A DNA stretch of 64,000 nt, taken from assembly GCA_052426225.1 (NCBI GenBank), contig JBNJNM010000010.1:930001-994000 (forward strand), given 5' to 3'. This DNA comes from Zancudomyces culisetae HAW-14-8 (lineage: Eukaryota; Fungi; Kickxellomycota). The position numbers were made by a program, and so were the translations under genes. Position 1 is the first letter of the stretch; each line of letters opens with the position of its first letter. The notes under the pieces were generated by a model. The model ran no database searches. It saw nothing but the letters and a program-made list of their open reading frames with translations, and was not told the DNA's origin. Shown piece after piece: positions 59,726-64,000 of this stretch.

Positions 59726-60664
59726 CTTGAATTCTATAAACACTTGGCGAAGCTAGTAGTTGTTCAACAATTAAAATGGGTTTTTACTGGTTAAGTAAAG
59801 AAAATGAAGGATTTATAAATTTGATTTGGGAAAATATATCTTGTAAGAAGAGAATAATTAGAAATTAGCCAAAAGTCTGTTTTTTTTTGTTTTTATTATT
59901 TTTTGTTTTTTGGTAATACTGCTAGTGGCTGAATTATCTAGCACAACAGCTCGCAAATGAGCAAAGTGGAAGAGTAAAGTGGGTTGAGGTTTATTATTCA
60001 TATTTTTATTTATTATTGTTTTTTTAGCTATTTTTTATCTTTTGTAGATTGTTTGGACATTGGCAAACTAGAATCAAGGCGATAATAAAATAACAAAAAA
60101 TAAACAAGGAATGAATGATTTGATTAAAATTGTGACCTAATTTGGTAATGCTTTGTGCAAACTGAAAAAAAGAGTGGTCAAAAAATGGGGAATTGTGAAC
60201 AAAACTAGGGAAAAAATGAAAATAACCGAAATAAGAAAAGGGGGAAAAAAATGAAATGAAATATGAAGAAATGGAATGTAAACCAAGTAGGATTACGCAA
60301 GGTCACAGGATGTATGCACATACATAGATATATACCCAAAGAATCAGCATCAGTCCCCTAATAATTTTTATCTTAAGCAATATCCAGAATGTATGTACAA
60401 CCAAAATAATCAGGAAAACCAAAGAATTGTAAAATTGAGTACAAAGATTAATACCAACATAAAGAAACATAACTGACAATAATATGTACGACTTTTTAAT
60501 TCATAATTTGTTTAACGCCATAAAAAAAATAAAAGAAAAAATGATTTTATCTATAATTTAGGTGACAATTATAACTATTGTGACTAACTTTAATAAAAAA
60601 GGTTAAAGTACTAAATAGTATAGATGTAGTGTAGAAATACTTACAAAAAGTGCTGAAAAAAATA

Positions 60665-60737
60665 AGAGCTATGGTGTAGTGGCTATCACGTCTGCTTTAC
60701 ACGCAGAAGGTCTTGGGTTCGATCCCCAATAGCTCTA
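60665..60737 (+). tRNA. tRNA-Val(TAC)
   Basis: Acceptor stem AGAGCTA/TAGCTCT; anticodon arm TCTGC-TTTACAC-GCAGA; GGTTCGATCCC T-arm; T5 terminator. Confidence 0.93.
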
Positions 60738-61407
60738 TCGTTTTTGCTTTTATTTGAGCATATCTTGGTGGTCGAGGTAAATAATGACTACAATCGTTTT
60801 ATGCTGGTGAACCAAGTACGATCCAGAGTTGGATATTGTTAATTTCTTTTGCCAGTGCGATCAAGATTGTAGACAATGATTAGGACATTACTTTAGCTGG
60901 ATAGAGGGAAAAGATGGAACGATCAGTAGATATAAACGAAAATAGAATATAAAAAGTAGAAAACTAATGTTACACTCCAAAAAAGATACTTTTTATAGTA
61001 CTAGAAATATCTGGTTGGTATTTATTATTATGACAACAATAATGAAGATGCTTTATACAGTATTTAATGGAAATACAAAACTAGGCTAGTGATATGTGAT
61101 ATGCCAAAAAAACCTGGTCATAATTTTGACTGATAAATATACCATTTTGAAAATAACATCCCACAAATTAATGTAGCATTATCAAGTAAATATTATATAT
61201 TGAATAGTATATAATTTAAATTATATGTTAAATTGTGGATAAAGCTTTTAAAAGGTCTATTAATAGGTTAGGTGGGAGAATTAAGATATCGAGGAAAAGT
61301 AGGGGGTGGGTATTAAATTAGAGACTTTGAAATCAACATAAAGATTAGATGTGAAAGAAAAAAAAAAGAAAAGAAAAAGAAAAAGAAAAAGAAAAAAAAA
61401 GAATGGG

Positions 61408-61465
61408 AGGTTGAAGGTTGAAGGTTGAAGGTTGAAGGTTGAAGGTTGAAGGTTGAAGGTTGAAG
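61408..61465. repeat. (AGGTTGA)n microsatellite, about 8 copies
   Basis: Direct reading; lies just past the stop codon of the DIP2-like gene. Confidence 0.9.
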
Positions 61466-61474
61466 ATTGGGAAA

Positions 61475-64000
61475 TTAGTTGAGAGGAGAAAAGACAAAGA
61501 TTTCGTTGGTGAAAAGGGGTTTGTTGGAAGAGAAAAGTTCGGAAAAGAAGGCTCTTTTTTTGGAGATGTTGTTAGCAAAGTACGAAAAGTGGGGGTAAGA
61601 CGAGGACGAGGAGGAGATTTTGGCCGAAAAGGCAGGGAAATTGATAATGAAGATGATTTTTCCGATTGATAGTTGGAAATTGTCGAGAATTTCACAAGTT
61701 ATCAGGGCAGCCAGGTCAGAAAGCGAATTGGTGGCAACACCATTGTTGCTAGTAGGACCACTAGGGTTGTTGATGTTTGGGATGTTTCCACGAAGAGTGT
61801 GGGAAGTAAGTTGGTTTTGAGAGTGGAAGCCGATGTTTGATTTTCTCCGGTCGACGCTTGTTTTTGAAGGCTCAAAGGTTGAGGCGTTTGATGGGCGCAG
61901 ATAAGAGTCCTTTTGAGGGGGTTTTTGAGAGGATCTGTACAGTACTGAAGAAGTAGAGGCAAAATTGTGTGAGGTGGCGAGGGGAACAGCGGGTTTGGAG
62001 GAAATGAAGGCAGAAGAGTTGGAGGTGGGGTTGGGGTTGGGGTTGGACATTGCGAAGGGATTGAGGGAAACGGATAAAATCAGATTGTTAACAGGGCCCT
62101 TTTCCTCAAAAGAGGTGAAAAAGGTGGCATCACCAGACTCGGCAAGATTGTTGACGGCATCTTCAACATCCGAAATAAAAACCAATTCGTTGTGCACGTT
62201 GGAGGTAAAATGAGAAGCCTTCCCAACGACAAATAGATAAGTTTCGGGGTTTCTAGGATTGGTTGTGTCGTCAACATAAAGAAATCCGTAATCGTTAGTG
62301 TTGACAAATTCAAGGCCACCAAGAGCGGTTCCGGTGTAAGATGGCGAGTTGTCGTGGGGCGCAAATAGGGAGGTGGCATTTGCGTCGCTAGAAACGTGGA
62401 TTAAGCCGATGGTACCAGCCAAGCAAACCTTTTTGGTGAATGGGTCGACAATTGCAACAATTGAGTCGGGATTGCTTGAGGAGTTGCCTACTCTTCCACT
62501 TGCTTTTATCCACAAGTATTCATCGTTATCTGGAGGATCAAGAGGTAAATTATTGGTATCGGCGGTAATAGGATTGTTGATATTTGTTGTATAGGCTTTT
62601 TTATCAACTTCAACGCATTTTCTATTACGAAGAGGCTTTTTGGAAATTTTCAGAGAAGGTAAAGGAGAGGGAGAAATAGAAGCAGAAGAAGCGGGACTGG
62701 CATGGGTGGCTATAAAGGGATTCATATTACAGCCATATAAAGGAACAATGGAGGTAGTGTTGATGTTGTAGTTTTGAGCCAAAAACGCCTGGTACAGATC
62801 AAACTTGAGCGAATCGACGCGATCCTCCACGGCAACCAAAAAATTGGAGATAAAGCTTAGGTTGAAGCGATCAAGTCTGTTGGAATGGGTGGTTTGTTGG
62901 GGATGATGGAAAGAAACAAGACCACCAATGGGGTTGCCATTGCCAAAGTTGGTACTGGCAATTGAGCGAGGGTAGCGACGAGAAGAACTGTTTTGGCGGC
63001 CAAGAGTGGAATTGGCGCGTTGGAGCAAGGAGGGAGTGGAGGTAAAGTAGTTGAGCATGGTGGTTGTGCAAAAGACATTGCGAACTTTAAATTCGGAGAC
63101 TAGATTAAACCAAGTGGAAGGGTTGTGAACGTATTCAGAGGCAGGTAAGATCAAAGTCGGGGAACCAGTAAACAAACCCAAAAACACCAGCTGCATTAGT
63201 CCGTATCCATTGTATACACGGACACTTGAGAGTATTGGAGAGTTGCTATCAAAGATTGACAGCGCCCTGACTTGAGATGCACAGAAACTAAACACGCTCT
63301 TAAGCGAATAGGTTACAAACGAAGGCGCTTCGGTGCCAAAGAACATCACCAATGCGGGTAGTGCTTGGCTCTGCTTAAACGGTTTGAGCTCCAGGTTGTA
63401 GTTGAGGTTTAGGCTTAGAACGTAGGTAAGATTTACAATGTTGCATCTTCGGCTACCAAAAAACTCTTGGGCAGGCTTTGAAGTGAAAAACTGCGACCCA
63501 GACGAAGTCAAAATCATGCTTGTGTTAAAGCTTTTGAGGGCAGAGACAATGTTGAGCAAATCGGCGTTCATGGTGAGACTCTTTTGTTGGCGTGGATGAG
63601 TGGGTTTTTCCAGTTGAGGAGGTGAAATTGGAATTGGAATGGCACCAAGCAATAATAAGGCATAGATAGCAATGCAGAAATCAATTCCACTGGGTAGAGA
63701 AACTACAACGTATCGACCGTAATGTATCTTGTATTCAAGGTATAAATAGCGAGCGAGTCTTTTAGCGCGTGTTAAGAACTGTGAATATGAAAGTGAGGCT
63801 ACTTCGTTGGCGTTTCTGTCGAATTGGGTGTACATCAAATCGTTAGGAGTCATTGATGAACGGAATTCCAGGATTTCAATCATGTTGTTGAAACGCATCA
63901 TGTCGATTCCGTTGGGTGTAAGAGCGGTTTGGATGAAGGGCTGTTGTGCAGAATTTCTTTTTGCAGGCATTGAGTTGGTCTGCTGAGGCCACAAGTCTTC
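61475..64000 (-). CDS. DIP2/Cmr2-family protein (FAAL-like adenylation domain), 3' part; 5' end lies outside the window
   Basis: IEILEFRSSMTPNDLMYT, GIDFCIAIYALLLLGAIPIP, RVYNGYGL, YGCNMNPFI, VAIVDPFT...GLIHVSS, TNDYGFL, LFVVG. Confidence 0.8.
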   Translation of the reverse strand, partial: EDLWPQQTNSMPAKRNSAQQPFIQTALTPNGIDMMRFNNMIEILEFRSSMTPNDLMYTQFDRNANEVASLSYSQFLTRAKRLARYLYLEYKIHYGRYVVVSLPSGIDFCIAIYALLLLGAIPIPISPPQLEKPTHPRQQKSLTMNADLLNIVSALKSFNTSMILTSSGSQFFTSKPAQEFFGSRRCNIVNLTYVLSLNLNYNLELKPFKQSQALPALVMFFGTEAPSFVTYSLKSVFSFCASQVRALSIFDSNSPILSSVRVYNGYGLMQLVFLGLFTGSPTLILPASEYVHNPSTWFNLVSEFKVRNVFCTTTMLNYFTSTPSLLQRANSTLGRQNSSSRRYPRSIASTNFGNGNPIGGLVSFHHPQQTTHSNRLDRFNLSFISNFLVAVEDRVDSLKFDLYQAFLAQNYNINTTSIVPLYGCNMNPFIATHASPASSASISPSPLPSLKISKKPLRNRKCVEVDKKAYTTNINNPITADTNNLPLDPPDNDEYLWIKASGRVGNSSSNPDSIVAIVDPFTKKVCLAGTIGLIHVSSDANATSLFAPHDNSPSYTGTALGGLEFVNTNDYGFLYVDDTTNPRNPETYLFVVGKASHFTSNVHNELVFISDVEDAVNNLAESGDATFFTSFEEKGPVNNLILSVSLNPFAMSNPNPNPTSNSSAFISSKPAVPLATSHNFASTSSVLYRSSQKPPQKDSYLRPSNASTFEPSKTSVDRRKSNIGFHSQNQLTSHTLRGNIPNINNPSGPTSNNGVATNSLSDLAALITCEILDNFQLSIGKIIFIINFPAFSAKISSSSSSYPHFSYFANNISKKRAFFSELFSSNKPLFTNEIFVFSPLN

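Noticed and set aside
61408-61465. 7-mer repeat as a telomere or CRISPR-like array
   Set aside because: Short, internal, spacer-free microsatellite in a 3' UTR.

Overview
AT-rich eukaryotic (fungal) genomic DNA with short GT-AG introns. Gene content suggests an early-diverging fungus such as Kickxellomycotina/Harpellales, but this is inference only. The left half (1-31.1 kb) is a retrotransposon nest: Ty3/Gypsy chromoviruses (one with a Tf1-type self-priming signature), three DIRS/tyrosine-recombinase fragments, an L1/Tx1-like LINE, and a head-to-tail stack of Ty3/Gypsy elements and solo LTRs ending 9 bp upstream of a tRNA-Val(AAC) gene. The target-site duplications can be collapsed one by one. 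They indicate repeated insertion about 7-9 bp upstream of the same tRNA, with the newest copy nearest the tRNA, giving a polarized, chronologically ordered insertion array built by several LTR families. The right half is gene-dense: THOC5-like, a Tom20 fused to a degenerate SET/MYND domain, an ENA-type P-ATPase with most catalytic motifs substituted, a DIL-domain protein, a YIL108W-type Zn metallopeptidase, DNAJC11, USE1, NDUFB9, a hypothetical protein, dynein light chain LC8, tRNA-Val(TAC) and the 3' part of a DIP2/Cmr2 gene. All calls come from reading the sequence; no searches were run.
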